From Bacteroidota bacterium (GTDB lineage Bacteria > Bacteroidota > Ignavibacteria > Kapaibacteriales > UBA2268), in NCBI GenBank assembly GCA_029974985.1, contig JARKQC010000227.1, positions 1,460 through 65,459 of the forward strand: 64,000 nucleotides of DNA. Reading direction: 5' to 3'. Below are positions 9,846 to 19,266 of the stretch, piece after piece. A program made the position numbers and the translations under genes. The notes beneath the pieces were generated by a model. It did no database searches, had not been told where the DNA came from, and saw nothing but the letters and a program-made list of their open reading frames with translations. Within the stretch, counting starts at the first letter, position 1, and the number at the start of each line of letters is the position of its first letter.

Positions 9846-10283
9846 CTATTTATTATTTAATGCTTTAAAAACAACATATCCACCAATAGCAATTAAAACT
9901 ATGGGCCAAAAATTCGTTAAACTTACCCAAGGCAGATATTTATCTATCATAATGAGCAATCCAAGAGAAATCAATACAATTCCAGAAATAATTTTTTTTC
10001 TTGTTTTGTCATTTTCTGCATCTACTCCAAGCTCTTCATATATATTATTTAAGTCATTTTCAATATTATCATTATTATTAATTTGCTCAATATTGCTTTT
10101 TAAAGGAACAATTATCCATAATGCTATATAAATTAATATACTTAGTCCCCAAGCAAATATAGATACAAAAAAAATAACCCGGATTATTATCGGGTCAATA
10201 TCAAAATATTCAGCAAGACCGCCCGCAACTCCGCCAATGAATTTATTAGTACTCGACCTATATAATTGATTTTTCATATTCAT
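9846..10283 (-). CDS. PspC domain-containing membrane protein
   Basis: 145-aa ORF. PspC signature LYRSSTNKFIGGVAGGLAEYFDIDPIIIRVIFF followed by TM helices. Confidence 0.75.
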   Translation of the reverse strand: MNMKNQLYRSSTNKFIGGVAGGLAEYFDIDPIIIRVIFFVSIFAWGLSILIYIALWIIVPLKSNIEQINNNDNIENDLNNIYEELGVDAENDKTRKKIISGIVLISLGLLIMIDKYLPWVSLTNFWPIVLIAIGGYVVFKALNNK

Positions 10284-10428
10284 TTTTAATATTATTACAA
10301 TATAATTAACAATTTATTATACGGTATAAGAATTTACTTGTTTCATTTTTTATTTTTATTAAATTTTTATGTAAACAAATTCATTTCATTTGCGTCATAA
10401 AGTTATATGTTAAATTAAAGGTGAAATT

Positions 10429-11259
10429 ATGCAAAAAATTAAATTGTCAATTTATAACTATATTTTTATACTATTTATTAGTATCACTTTATTGAATAAT
10501 GGCTGCGAAGAAGGTACAAGCATAAGTGATATTAATTTATTTAGTACTTCTGATGATGTTCAGCTTGGCGCTCAAGTAGTAGAGGAAATGCACAAGGATA
10601 CTAAAAATTATCCAATTTATAATAATCAAGAAGCTACGCAATACGTTCAATCAATTGTTGATGAAATTTTACAATCTCAACTTGTAAAATATAGAAATGT
10701 CTTTAATTACAAAGTTACACTTATAAATACAGAAACTATTAATGCTTTTGCTTTGCCGGGCGGTTACATTCACGTTTACAAAGGTTTGTTGAAATATCTT
10801 GATAACGAAGCATCTTTAAGCGCAGTTTTAGCACACGAAATTGCTCACGCTGAGCGTCGCCACGCCACAAAAAGAATGACAAAAGCCTATGGAGCAAACT
10901 TTTTATTAGGTTTATTATTAGGAGGTAACCCATCGCAAATTGAGGAAATCGCCGCTAATATGCTTTCTGGATTAGGCTTTTTATATAATAGTCGTGAAGA
11001 CGAATACGAAGCTGATGAATATGGATTTAAATATTTGCAATCTACTCGCTGGTATCACGGTGCTGGCATATTTTTCTTTGAAAAAATTAAGGATCAATCG
11101 AAAAATAGTACTTTTGCTGAGCTTTTTTCTACACATCCACTTGATCAAAAAAGAATTGATGCTTTAAACAAATTAATAACAGATGCTAAGGTACCGCCAG
11201 CAACGGAAAGCAATATTTTTACTCAAAAATATATGGAATTTAAGAAAAAATTAAATTAA
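10429..11259 (+). CDS. M48 family zinc metallopeptidase (lipoprotein)
   Basis: 276-aa ORF. HExxH zinc site in LAHEIAHAERRH, downstream EYEADEYG. Signal sequence with Cys (LLNNGCEE). Confidence 0.85.
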   Translation: MQKIKLSIYNYIFILFISITLLNNGCEEGTSISDINLFSTSDDVQLGAQVVEEMHKDTKNYPIYNNQEATQYVQSIVDEILQSQLVKYRNVFNYKVTLINTETINAFALPGGYIHVYKGLLKYLDNEASLSAVLAHEIAHAERRHATKRMTKAYGANFLLGLLLGGNPSQIEEIAANMLSGLGFLYNSREDEYEADEYGFKYLQSTRWYHGAGIFFFEKIKDQSKNSTFAELFSTHPLDQKRIDALNKLITDAKVPPATESNIFTQKYMEFKKKLN

Positions 11260-11450
11260 TAAAATTATAGAATAATTTCAAAGTTTATTGAATAAAGATT
11301 ATATTTAATTTTTAAAATATTTTTTGAAAAATAATTTTAAAATATTGGTGTAAAATTATTAATAGAATAATTTTAAATTTTTATTTAACACAATATTTAA
11401 CTAATTTTGAATTATAATTCAGAATTATTTTTTAATTTATTTTTAAATAT

Positions 11451-12035
11451 ATGAGATTATTATTAGTTGTTTTTTGTATCTCTATTGTTTTTAATTCTTG
11501 TAACAATAAATTAAACTCTCTTAATGATGATACTCTTGAAATATCAAGTATTAATGGAGAGTTATTATCATTTAATCAAAAAATAAGTGATGATGATTTC
11601 GATTATTATATATCTCTCGCTGGAACGGGTGATATAAGATTTTTAGATATTCGCGTTGGTAAAAATGGAGTTTTTATTGCTAAACTAAATGATGAAATCG
11701 AAGGTACGATTTATAATATATTTATTAGTGATTTGAATAAAAATTCAAAACCAGAAATTATTTTACTTATTAATTCTAATGATTTAAAAAATAATATTAC
11801 CATAATTGGATTTGAATTTAATAAAAATAGTTTTAAAAGATTTGATATGCCTCAATTAGAAGAGGATAATATTTATGGAATTATTAATTATGAGCATTTT
11901 CTTATTAAAGGCTCGCAAATTATTAGAGAATTTGATGTACTAAATCCGCAAAACAATTTAAATATTACAAAAAGGTTAATTTATAATTTAAACAATAATT
12001 TAGAATTAGTATTGTATAAACAAAATGATTTATAG
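11451..12035 (+). CDS. Hypothetical lipoprotein
   Basis: 194-aa ORF with lipoprotein-like signal (VFNSCNN). No recognisable domain. Confidence 0.45.
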   Translation: MRLLLVVFCISIVFNSCNNKLNSLNDDTLEISSINGELLSFNQKISDDDFDYYISLAGTGDIRFLDIRVGKNGVFIAKLNDEIEGTIYNIFISDLNKNSKPEIILLINSNDLKNNITIIGFEFNKNSFKRFDMPQLEEDNIYGIINYEHFLIKGSQIIREFDVLNPQNNLNITKRLIYNLNNNLELVLYKQNDL

Positions 12036-12056
12036 TAATATAATTCAATATTTTTT

Positions 12057-14357
12057 ATGATAAGATATTTACTATTTTTTTTAATTTTTACTTGCTATAA
12101 TGCTTATGGTAATTTTTATTTAGTTAAAATTAACATATCCTCACAAGAAGAATTTAATAAATTTGTTAATTCAAATATTGAATTTCAAAAAATTGATAAA
12201 AGCTCCATAATTGCAATACTTAACAATTCTGAATATGATAATTATATTAAAAATCAATTTAATTGTGAAATTTTAATTGATGATTTAGAAAAATATAACG
12301 AAAATTTACTACTGAAAAATTCCAATTTTATTCCCAAATTACAAAACTCTAATTATTTTCAATTAGGCTCGATGAGCGGATATTTCAAATTAGATGAAAT
12401 TTATTCTGAATTTGATAGAATGATAGAAAACTATCCAAATTATATTCGAAAGAGCATAATTTCGTATTCCTATGAAAATAGACCTATTTATGCTTATGAA
12501 GTTGGTTCGAATGATATTACTCAAAATTCAGAAATATTTTTTACTGGATTGATTCACTCGCGTGAGCCCGGAACAGTGTTTAGTTTGATTTATTATTTTT
12601 GGGATTTATTTTATAGATTTGATAAGGATGATTTACTTGCAAATTATATTCTAAATAATAAGAAAATATCATTTATTCCTGTTGTAAATCCCGATGGAGT
12701 CGTATTTAATGAAATTAATTACCCAAATGGCGGCGGACTATGGCGCAAAAATCGTAGAAAAACTTCTGATAGCACTTTTGGCACAGATTTAAATAGAAAT
12801 TTTGGTCCTTATTATGCTTGGAATTTCGATAATAATGGCTCATTAGATAATCCAATTTATGATACTTATCGCGGGAGTTCGCCTTTTTCCGAACCAGAAA
12901 CCGAGGCTATAAAGAATTTTGTAGAATCAAATCAATTTAAAATTGCAATCAATTTTCATACTTTCGGGAATTCCGTATTTTTCCCATTTTCATATCTTAA
13001 TACAGAATGCTCCGATTCGAATTGGTTTCGTGCATTTTTAGCGGATAATTATAATAATACACGATATATTTATGGCGTAGATTACGAAATCGTAAATTAT
13101 TCCACTCGCGGAAGTGCCGATGATTTTTTATATTTAGGAAATGATAAATTCTCTAAAATTTATTCTATGACCTGTGAAATCGGTAGCAATCAATTTGGAT
13201 TTTGGCCACCGGTTGACTCAATAATTAATTATGCTAAAAATTTAACAAGTTTTATTGATAATGTTATATTGTCCTCAGATAAAAATATTACACTTGCTTA
13301 TAAAGATTTAATTAAAATCGAGGATAAATTTTATATTAAATTTGAATTACAAAATATTGGGCTAAATGTAATCGAAAATACAGAATTTTTAATAAAAACA
13401 AATAATGAAAATGTGATTCTCCAAAATCCACATTTTATAATTAATAAATTAGAAAAAGCTGAACAATTTGAATATCTTTTGGAATTTAGCACAGTAAATT
13501 TTAAAAATGGAGAACCCGTAGAATTTGAAATATCCGCAAATTTGGATTATTCCAAAAATATAAAATTTAATTTAATATTATTTGAATACGATGAAATTGA
13601 TTTATTCGATAAAAAATTCATTCAAAATTGGGTTTTAGATAGTAATTGGACTTTTCATAATATTGATAATGAACTCGTTTTAATAAGTAATAAAGATGAA
13701 TTTTATAAGCCAGATTTAAATAGTTTTGCTAAAATAAAATTTGAGAATTTCGATAAAAAAATAAATCAATTTGCATTAAATTTCGAGCATAAATACGAAA
13801 TCGAAGCAAATTTTGATTTTGCCACAATTTTCTATGGCAATGAACAGTACGAATTTATAAATGATTTTTATGATAGTTATTTAATAAAAGGAATAAAAAA
13901 AGGAAAGCAGTCCGATAGTTTGTATGGTTTTCACGGAAATATTAAAAAATGGAAAAAGGAAAATTTATATTTTAAGCAAAATAATGATATAAATCAAGTA
14001 GCTTTTAATTTGAGAACGGATAATATTATTAATAAAAATGGTTGGAAAATTAAGAATCTCAAATTAAGAGCTTATCCTGATTATATTTCGAGTATAGACA
14101 ATTTTGAGAAAACAAATCAGCAATTAAAAATTGAATATTTCAAAGATAATTTTCTAAAAATTAATTCAAAAAATGATTTGTTTAAAGCAAATATTATAAT
14201 CTATAATTTGAATTGTGAAAAGCTATTTACTGCAAATTACGATATTTTTAATCAAGATAATTTTATTAAAATACCAGTTCTAAATACTGGTATTTATTTT
14301 ATTAATATAAATAATAATAATATTAATTTTTATGATTATTTTATAAAAATCGAATAA
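12057..14357 (+). CDS. M14 family zinc carboxypeptidase with T9SS C-terminal sorting domain
   Basis: 766-aa ORF with signal peptide. Zinc ligands HSRE (GLIHSREPG) and INFHTFGN, plus DLNRNFG. C-terminal ~70 aa resembles a Por secretion tail (NTGIYFININ..IKIE). Confidence 0.85.
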   Translation: MIRYLLFFLIFTCYNAYGNFYLVKINISSQEEFNKFVNSNIEFQKIDKSSIIAILNNSEYDNYIKNQFNCEILIDDLEKYNENLLLKNSNFIPKLQNSNYFQLGSMSGYFKLDEIYSEFDRMIENYPNYIRKSIISYSYENRPIYAYEVGSNDITQNSEIFFTGLIHSREPGTVFSLIYYFWDLFYRFDKDDLLANYILNNKKISFIPVVNPDGVVFNEINYPNGGGLWRKNRRKTSDSTFGTDLNRNFGPYYAWNFDNNGSLDNPIYDTYRGSSPFSEPETEAIKNFVESNQFKIAINFHTFGNSVFFPFSYLNTECSDSNWFRAFLADNYNNTRYIYGVDYEIVNYSTRGSADDFLYLGNDKFSKIYSMTCEIGSNQFGFWPPVDSIINYAKNLTSFIDNVILSSDKNITLAYKDLIKIEDKFYIKFELQNIGLNVIENTEFLIKTNNENVILQNPHFIINKLEKAEQFEYLLEFSTVNFKNGEPVEFEISANLDYSKNIKFNLILFEYDEIDLFDKKFIQNWVLDSNWTFHNIDNELVLISNKDEFYKPDLNSFAKIKFENFDKKINQFALNFEHKYEIEANFDFATIFYGNEQYEFINDFYDSYLIKGIKKGKQSDSLYGFHGNIKKWKKENLYFKQNNDINQVAFNLRTDNIINKNGWKIKNLKLRAYPDYISSIDNFEKTNQQLKIEYFKDNFLKINSKNDLFKANIIIYNLNCEKLFTANYDIFNQDNFIKIPVLNTGIYFININNNNINFYDYFIKIE

Positions 14358-14407
14358 TTTTTTTTAAAATCTAAGTAGTAAGGGCGGAGCTTATTCTTGA
14401 TAAAACA

Positions 14408-14429
14408 ACAATGGTGCATGCCCCATTGT
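14408..14429. repeat. Palindromic module B (CATG-core), imperfect: ACAATGGTGCATGCCCCATTGT
   Basis: Read directly; one arm mismatch. Aligns with the perfect copy at 14603 and degenerate copies at 38611 and 38664. Confidence 0.6.
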
Positions 14430-14450
14430 CTCCCGTCTTTTAATATTTTA

Positions 14451-14468
14451 ATAAGCAAGAATGCTTAT
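14451..14468. repeat. Palindromic module C: ATAAGCA-agaa-TGCTTAT
   Basis: 7-bp perfect stem with 4-nt loop. The core AAGCAAGAATGCTT is identical at 14523 and 21625. Confidence 0.65.
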
Positions 14469-14522
14469 CCTGCGAATTGGTAGGTTAGATATTTTGTCTG
14501 ACCCTAATAATTTAATATAAAC

Positions 14523-14536
14523 AAGCAAGAATGCTT
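14523..14536. repeat. Palindromic module C: AAGCA-agaa-TGCTT
   Basis: 14-nt core identical to the 14451 and 21625 copies. Flank acaagcaagaatgctta matches the 21623 copy. Confidence 0.6.
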
Positions 14537-14558
14537 AACCTACTACAATTTTTTTTCA

Positions 14559-14589
14559 GTTGTCCTACATTTCCGAAATGTAAGACAAC
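14559..14589. repeat. Palindromic module A: GTTGTCCTACATTT-ccg-AAATGTAAGACAAC
   Basis: 14-bp stem with one mismatch. Related to the perfect copy at 38567 and followed by the same linker TAGRAAACTGAG. Confidence 0.75.
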
Positions 14590-14602
14590 TAGGAAACTGA
14601 GG

Positions 14603-14622
14603 CAACGGGGCATGCCCCGTTG
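14603..14622. repeat. Palindromic module B, perfect 20-nt palindrome CAACGGGGCATGCCCCGTTG
   Basis: The sequence equals its own reverse complement. GC-rich island in an AT-rich spacer. Confidence 0.75.
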
Positions 14623-14638
14623 TCTATAAACTTCTCAA

Positions 14639-14663
14639 CTACACTTCAAAAGTGTAGGACAAC
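14639..14663. repeat. Module A partial copy: CTACACTT-caa-AAGTGTAG-GACAAC
   Basis: 8-bp stem. Right arm AAGTGTAGGACAAC is identical to the 38584-38597 arm. Left outer arm is degraded (tctcaa in place of gttgtc). Confidence 0.6.
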
Positions 14664-14703
14664 TTTGAAATATTTCATAAAAATAAATTAATTATTAGCA
14701 ATT

Positions 14704-15852
14704 TTAAACACTTTTAAGAATTTCCCTTGCAATTACAAGATTTTGAATTTCGGAAGTTCCCTCATAAATTTCAGTAACCTTTGCATCTCTCATCATTCTT
14801 TCAACTTGATATTCCCGTACATATCCATAGCCACCGTGAATTTGAACTGCTTCGCGAGTAACTTCATTAGCAATTGTCGAAGCAAATAATTTAGCCTCCG
14901 AAGATTCTCTAATATGGTCTAATTTATTATCGCGTAGCCAAGCGGCTTTATGAGTAAGAAGTCTTGCGGCACTAATTTTCATAGACATTTGTGCAAGTTT
15001 TGCTTGAATAAGCTGATGTTCAGCGATAGGTTTGCCCATAGTTTTCCGTTCTAAAGAATATTTTACAGCCGCTTCGAAGGCTCCTTGTGCAATGCCAACA
15101 GATTGAGCGGCAATACCGATTCTTCCTCCATTAAGACCACGCATAGCTATATAAAAACCTTCACCAACATTTCCAATTAAATGCTCTTCACTAACTTTAA
15201 CATTTGTTAATCCAATAGAAGTAGTCTCACTTGAGCGAAGCCCCATTTTGTCTTCTTTAATACCCGCCTCAAAGCCGGGGGTATCATTCGGAACAGCAAA
15301 ACAAGCAATTCCTTTGTGCTTTAATTCCTTATTAGTTTGAGCAAATACAATGCTCACATTTGAATGTTTTCCTGTAGTAATCCAATTTTTTGTACCATTT
15401 AATATCCAATCATTACCATCTTTTTCAGCTATAGTATTTTGTTGTCTTGCATCTGAGCCAGCTTCGGGTTCGCTCAAGCAGTATGCACCAAGATATTTAC
15501 CTTCTGCGAGCGGTCTTAAATAATTTTCTTTTAGAAAATCACTTCCATAAGTTTCTAAAATCCAGCAAACAAGGGAATTTTGTACTGATGCGACAACAGC
15601 AACGCTTGCGTCAACTTTTGCAAATTCTTCTATTGCGAGCACATAACTAACTACATCAAGCTCCGAGCCACCCCATTCTGAAGAAACCATCATTCCAAGG
15701 AAGCCAAGTTCTCCCATTTTTTTTAAAATTTCGCTTGGAAATTCAGAATTCATATCTCTTTGAATAGTTGTTGGTAAAATTTCTTCTTGAGCAAATTTTC
15801 GAGCCGCATCTTTAATTTGTAATTGAATCTCACTAAATTCAAATGATAGCAT
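14704..15852 (-). CDS. Acyl-CoA dehydrogenase (short/branched-chain type)
   Basis: 382-aa ORF. Motifs YCLSEPEAGSD, QIHGGYGY and catalytic-base region EIYEGTSEIQ. Confidence 0.92.
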   Translation of the reverse strand: MLSFEFSEIQLQIKDAARKFAQEEILPTTIQRDMNSEFPSEILKKMGELGFLGMMVSSEWGGSELDVVSYVLAIEEFAKVDASVAVVASVQNSLVCWILETYGSDFLKENYLRPLAEGKYLGAYCLSEPEAGSDARQQNTIAEKDGNDWILNGTKNWITTGKHSNVSIVFAQTNKELKHKGIACFAVPNDTPGFEAGIKEDKMGLRSSETTSIGLTNVKVSEEHLIGNVGEGFYIAMRGLNGGRIGIAAQSVGIAQGAFEAAVKYSLERKTMGKPIAEHQLIQAKLAQMSMKISAARLLTHKAAWLRDNKLDHIRESSEAKLFASTIANEVTREAVQIHGGYGYVREYQVERMMRDAKVTEIYEGTSEIQNLVIAREILKSV

Positions 15853-16046
15853 AATTTTTTTTCCTTATATTTAATTTCAAACATATATAAATATTAAAGT
15901 AACACTTTTTTTTTAATTATTTAATATAAAAATGAAACTTTTTTTAAATTTATTAGTCTTATTATTATTATTAAAGTACAACAAATAGATAATTTTTATA
16001 TTTTTACATAGATTTTTCACACAAATAATTTAGGAGTTATTGAAAA

Positions 16047-16760
16047 ATGACCAAATTTCTTTCTGCGTTGATTGTATTATTTACATTTAGTTTTGTAATA
16101 TCTAATGCACAACCCAAGCTCGAAATCGGTGGTGGAGATATGTATGATTGGGGTAATGTCAAACCTGAACAAGGCATATTACATGCTGAAATTAAATTAT
16201 GGAACAAGGGCAATAAAACGCTTGAAATTCTTAGAACAAAACCGGGCTGTGGCTGCACGACGGATTCCTTAGATATTAGAAATGTACCTCCTGGAAAATA
16301 TGCTACTTTAAAAGTTCACCTTAATATTTCTGGATATCAAGGCAGTACAATAAAAAGTGTTAGAATTTCAACAAATGACCCTGAAAAGCCCGAACAAAAC
16401 CTACTGCTTAAATGTAATGTTGTGGTGCCTATAGTTCAGACGCCAAAATATTTAGGATTTAATAAACTTATTGTTGGTGAGGAAGCTGTAACAAAATCTA
16501 TTATTACAAATAATACAGCAAAACCAATAAAAATTAAGAGTTTTGATATTAGAATGGCCTCCGAAGGTATTGATGCAGGTGAATTAAAGCACAATGTTCG
16601 CAGAAATATTGTTATTGAGCCACAAGCTAACTATACGATAGAGCTTAAATATACCCCTAAAAAAGCTGGTCGTTTGCAAGCATCGTTAAATATCGAAATT
16701 GATAGTAAAGAGCAGTCAACTATTGAATTTCCTATTTGGGGAAATATAGTTAATAAATAG
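16047..16760 (+). CDS. DUF1573 domain-containing secreted protein
   Basis: 237-aa ORF with signal peptide. Hallmark TKPGCGCT motif and two Ig-like halves. Confidence 0.8.
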   Translation: MTKFLSALIVLFTFSFVISNAQPKLEIGGGDMYDWGNVKPEQGILHAEIKLWNKGNKTLEILRTKPGCGCTTDSLDIRNVPPGKYATLKVHLNISGYQGSTIKSVRISTNDPEKPEQNLLLKCNVVVPIVQTPKYLGFNKLIVGEEAVTKSIITNNTAKPIKIKSFDIRMASEGIDAGELKHNVRRNIVIEPQANYTIELKYTPKKAGRLQASLNIEIDSKEQSTIEFPIWGNIVNK

Positions 16761-16773
16761 ATGTTTTAGATTT

Positions 16774-16823
16774 AAAAAAATACTCATCTTATCAATTCAT
16801 AAGAGAAGATGAGTATTTTTTTT
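16774..16823. terminator. Bidirectional rho-independent terminator between convergent genes
   Basis: ATACTCATCTT...AAGATGAGTAT 11-bp stem, flanked by an A-run upstream and a T-run downstream. Confidence 0.6.
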
Positions 16824-16832
16824 ATTAAGAAA

Positions 16833-17933
16833 TTAATCTAATAATTGTTTTAGTTCATCATCAAAATTATCAGATTTTTTATTATCAATTTTAATATTTT
16901 TAATAATAATATCTCCTTTCGATAACAAAAGATTGTAATCCTCATTTGTTAATTGTAAATATTGACTATTTTGCTCATCAAAAGTTGTTATAATTCCATT
17001 AAAAATATCAATTTTAATTATTTTATGAGTAACACTTTCGTATTCAATTATCGAGCCTATTGGGGGAAAATTTTCAAATGCACTTGCATAGGTATCATAT
17101 TCAAATTTAATACAACATTTCAGCCTACTGCAATTTCCACTTAATTTAGAAATATTATTTGATAATTGTTGTATTTTGGCATGTTCTAAGGTAACGTGTC
17201 CAAACGAATTCATAAAAGTAGTACAGCATAATTCTCGCCCGCAAGGACCAACGAAATTCCCTAAACGCTTAGTTTCCTCGCGCGAGCTAATTTGACGAAG
17301 TTCTATTCGTGCTTTGAAAATTTTTGCTAAATCTTTTACTAATTCTCTAAAATCAATTCTTTGTGGTGCAGTGAAATATATTGTAAGTCTTTGCCTATCG
17401 AATTGCCAAATTGCTTCTGTAATTTTCATATCGAAATTATATTTAGCAACGATTTCGCGAGTTTTTATCATTACATTATTTTCGTCTTTTAATTTTTTAT
17501 TAAAGACTTTAAGCTCTTCAAAATCTGGAATTCTAAGTAATTTTCGGCATTCACTCTGCTCGAAAATATATTTATTAATATTCGTAAAATCCTTAGCAAA
17601 TAATTCATTTACTCGCCCTAATTCGATTCCATACTCACTTTCAACAACGACAAAATCATCAATTTTTAAAAGTACATTATTTTGATTCTTAAAAATTGAC
17701 CTTAAATTACCTTTCAACAATACTTCAACATATTCCGATTCAACTTTTTTTGAGTATTTTTCTCCATTTTTTAGGAGAAAATCATAATTACTAAATCCCG
17801 ATTTAGGTAATGAGTTAATATATTCTAAATCATCTATATCAGATTCTATTTTTTTATCTATATATTCAAATTTACTTTGAAAAGGACTTGGCGAAGTATT
17901 ATTATCTATAAAATTAGATTTATATACATTCAT
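16833..17933 (-). CDS. ricT: PSP1/RicT (YaaT-like) domain protein
   Basis: 366-aa ORF. PSP1 core with Cys clusters GPCGRELCC and CSRLKCC. Conserved position directly downstream of holB. Confidence 0.8.
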   Translation of the reverse strand: MNVYKSNFIDNNTSPSPFQSKFEYIDKKIESDIDDLEYINSLPKSGFSNYDFLLKNGEKYSKKVESEYVEVLLKGNLRSIFKNQNNVLLKIDDFVVVESEYGIELGRVNELFAKDFTNINKYIFEQSECRKLLRIPDFEELKVFNKKLKDENNVMIKTREIVAKYNFDMKITEAIWQFDRQRLTIYFTAPQRIDFRELVKDLAKIFKARIELRQISSREETKRLGNFVGPCGRELCCTTFMNSFGHVTLEHAKIQQLSNNISKLSGNCSRLKCCIKFEYDTYASAFENFPPIGSIIEYESVTHKIIKIDIFNGIITTFDEQNSQYLQLTNEDYNLLLSKGDIIIKNIKIDNKKSDNFDDELKQLLD

Positions 17934-18033
17934 AACACATTCCGCAAGTATTTAACTTGTATAATTTATATTAAAGAACAATCTATATTAAATTTGTATT
18001 CATAAATATATGCAAAGTAAACATTTTTTAATA

Positions 18034-19179
18034 TTAATCAATAAAAATTCGGCGTAATTTAATAAAAAGTGATATTAATATTAAATTTATATTGACATTT
18101 CTATAAATCATTGTAATATAATTCTCAATTTCATTAATTGCTTTTGGTATATCTTTGTTCCCAAATCCTTTAAAAAACTTTTGAATGGTCTGTATGTCGT
18201 CAGAATTTATAATTAGTTCTGAATTTCCCGTAATTTTTATGATATTTACATCATTAAGCCAAAAAATTAGCATTTGCATAATCTTATTTATTTGGTTTTT
18301 ATCTTTGTCTTTAAGGAAGTTCTTTAAATTTTTTACAAGCTCTTCGCGATATTTAACTTTTTTAAGTGATATTCTTAATAAATTTACTATTTCATTTCGT
18401 AAAACTCTATTTTCCTCATCTAAAAAATCAAGAGCTTTGAGATATGAGCCTTGTGCAAATCGAGCCGCAATTTTCGCATCAATTTCATTTGAATTATTAT
18501 CTAAAATAAGTTTTCTGACAATTTTATTTTCATCTAAGGGTGAAAAATTAATTTGCTGACATCTTGAAATAATTGTTTGTAATAATGAGTCTGGTTTTGA
18601 TGATATTAATATAATTGTAATATTTTCCTGTGGTTCTTCCAAAGTTTTTAAAAAAGCATTTTCAGCCTCTATGTTCATTTCATCTGCTTTTAATACAATT
18701 ACAAAACGTCTTTTATCGTTAAAAGAACTTAAAGATAATTTTTGCTTCACATCTCTTATACTTGAAATTTTAATTTGTGTAGCATTTGGTATTTTTAAAG
18801 GTAAATAATGATTTTTTGCTTTGTTTTCGATTTCATCTTTTATAATTTCAATTTGCTCTGAAGACAATTTATCATAAGCACTATCACCTTTTGTATCGCT
18901 TGATTTTCCTGTTGGTAAGGAAAAAATCAATTCGAGATTTGGATGTGCTAGATTATCTATTGATATACAGTTATGACATTTATCGCAAGAATCAATAAAT
19001 CCATCATCAATTATTGGCTTTTCGCAATTACATACTTTTGCAAATTGTATTGCTAAAGCATCTTTACCAATACCCTCTATTCCAATAAAACAATAAGCAT
19101 GGCTAATCCTATTATTGATTATTGAATTTTGCAATATTTTTTTAATTTTATCGTGTCCTATTATTTGGTACCAAGACAT
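18034..19179 (-). CDS. holB: DNA polymerase III subunit delta-prime
   Basis: 381-aa ORF. AAA-like GIEGIGKD, Cys module CDKCHNC, SRC motif IISRCQQINF. holB-ricT synteny. Confidence 0.85.
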   Translation of the reverse strand: MSWYQIIGHDKIKKILQNSIINNRISHAYCFIGIEGIGKDALAIQFAKVCNCEKPIIDDGFIDSCDKCHNCISIDNLAHPNLELIFSLPTGKSSDTKGDSAYDKLSSEQIEIIKDEIENKAKNHYLPLKIPNATQIKISSIRDVKQKLSLSSFNDKRRFVIVLKADEMNIEAENAFLKTLEEPQENITIILISSKPDSLLQTIISRCQQINFSPLDENKIVRKLILDNNSNEIDAKIAARFAQGSYLKALDFLDEENRVLRNEIVNLLRISLKKVKYREELVKNLKNFLKDKDKNQINKIMQMLIFWLNDVNIIKITGNSELIINSDDIQTIQKFFKGFGNKDIPKAINEIENYITMIYRNVNINLILISLFIKLRRIFID

Positions 19180-19266
19180 AATTTAAGTTTTCTTTTCAAT
19201 ATACATTTAATAAATTTAAAAATAGCAAATTATATGTTCAATTCAAATAAAATTTTAGAGTAAATT

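Noticed and set aside
9435-10131. Two plus-strand ORFs (141 aa and 115 aa) antisense to the toast-rack and PspC genes
   Set aside because: They are low-complexity Ile/Phe/Leu/Ser-rich translations, typical of shadow frames in AT-rich DNA. The opposite-strand genes have recognisable domains.
14380-14663. Possibility that the hairpin cluster is a small CRISPR array
   Set aside because: The palindromes belong to several different sequence types. There is no constant repeat length or regular repeat-spacer periodicity, and no cas genes lie in the window.
16037-16258. 73-aa minus-strand ORF overlapping the start of the DUF1573 gene
   Set aside because: It is antisense to a gene with a clear signal peptide and the PGCGCT family motif, and it has no features of its own.
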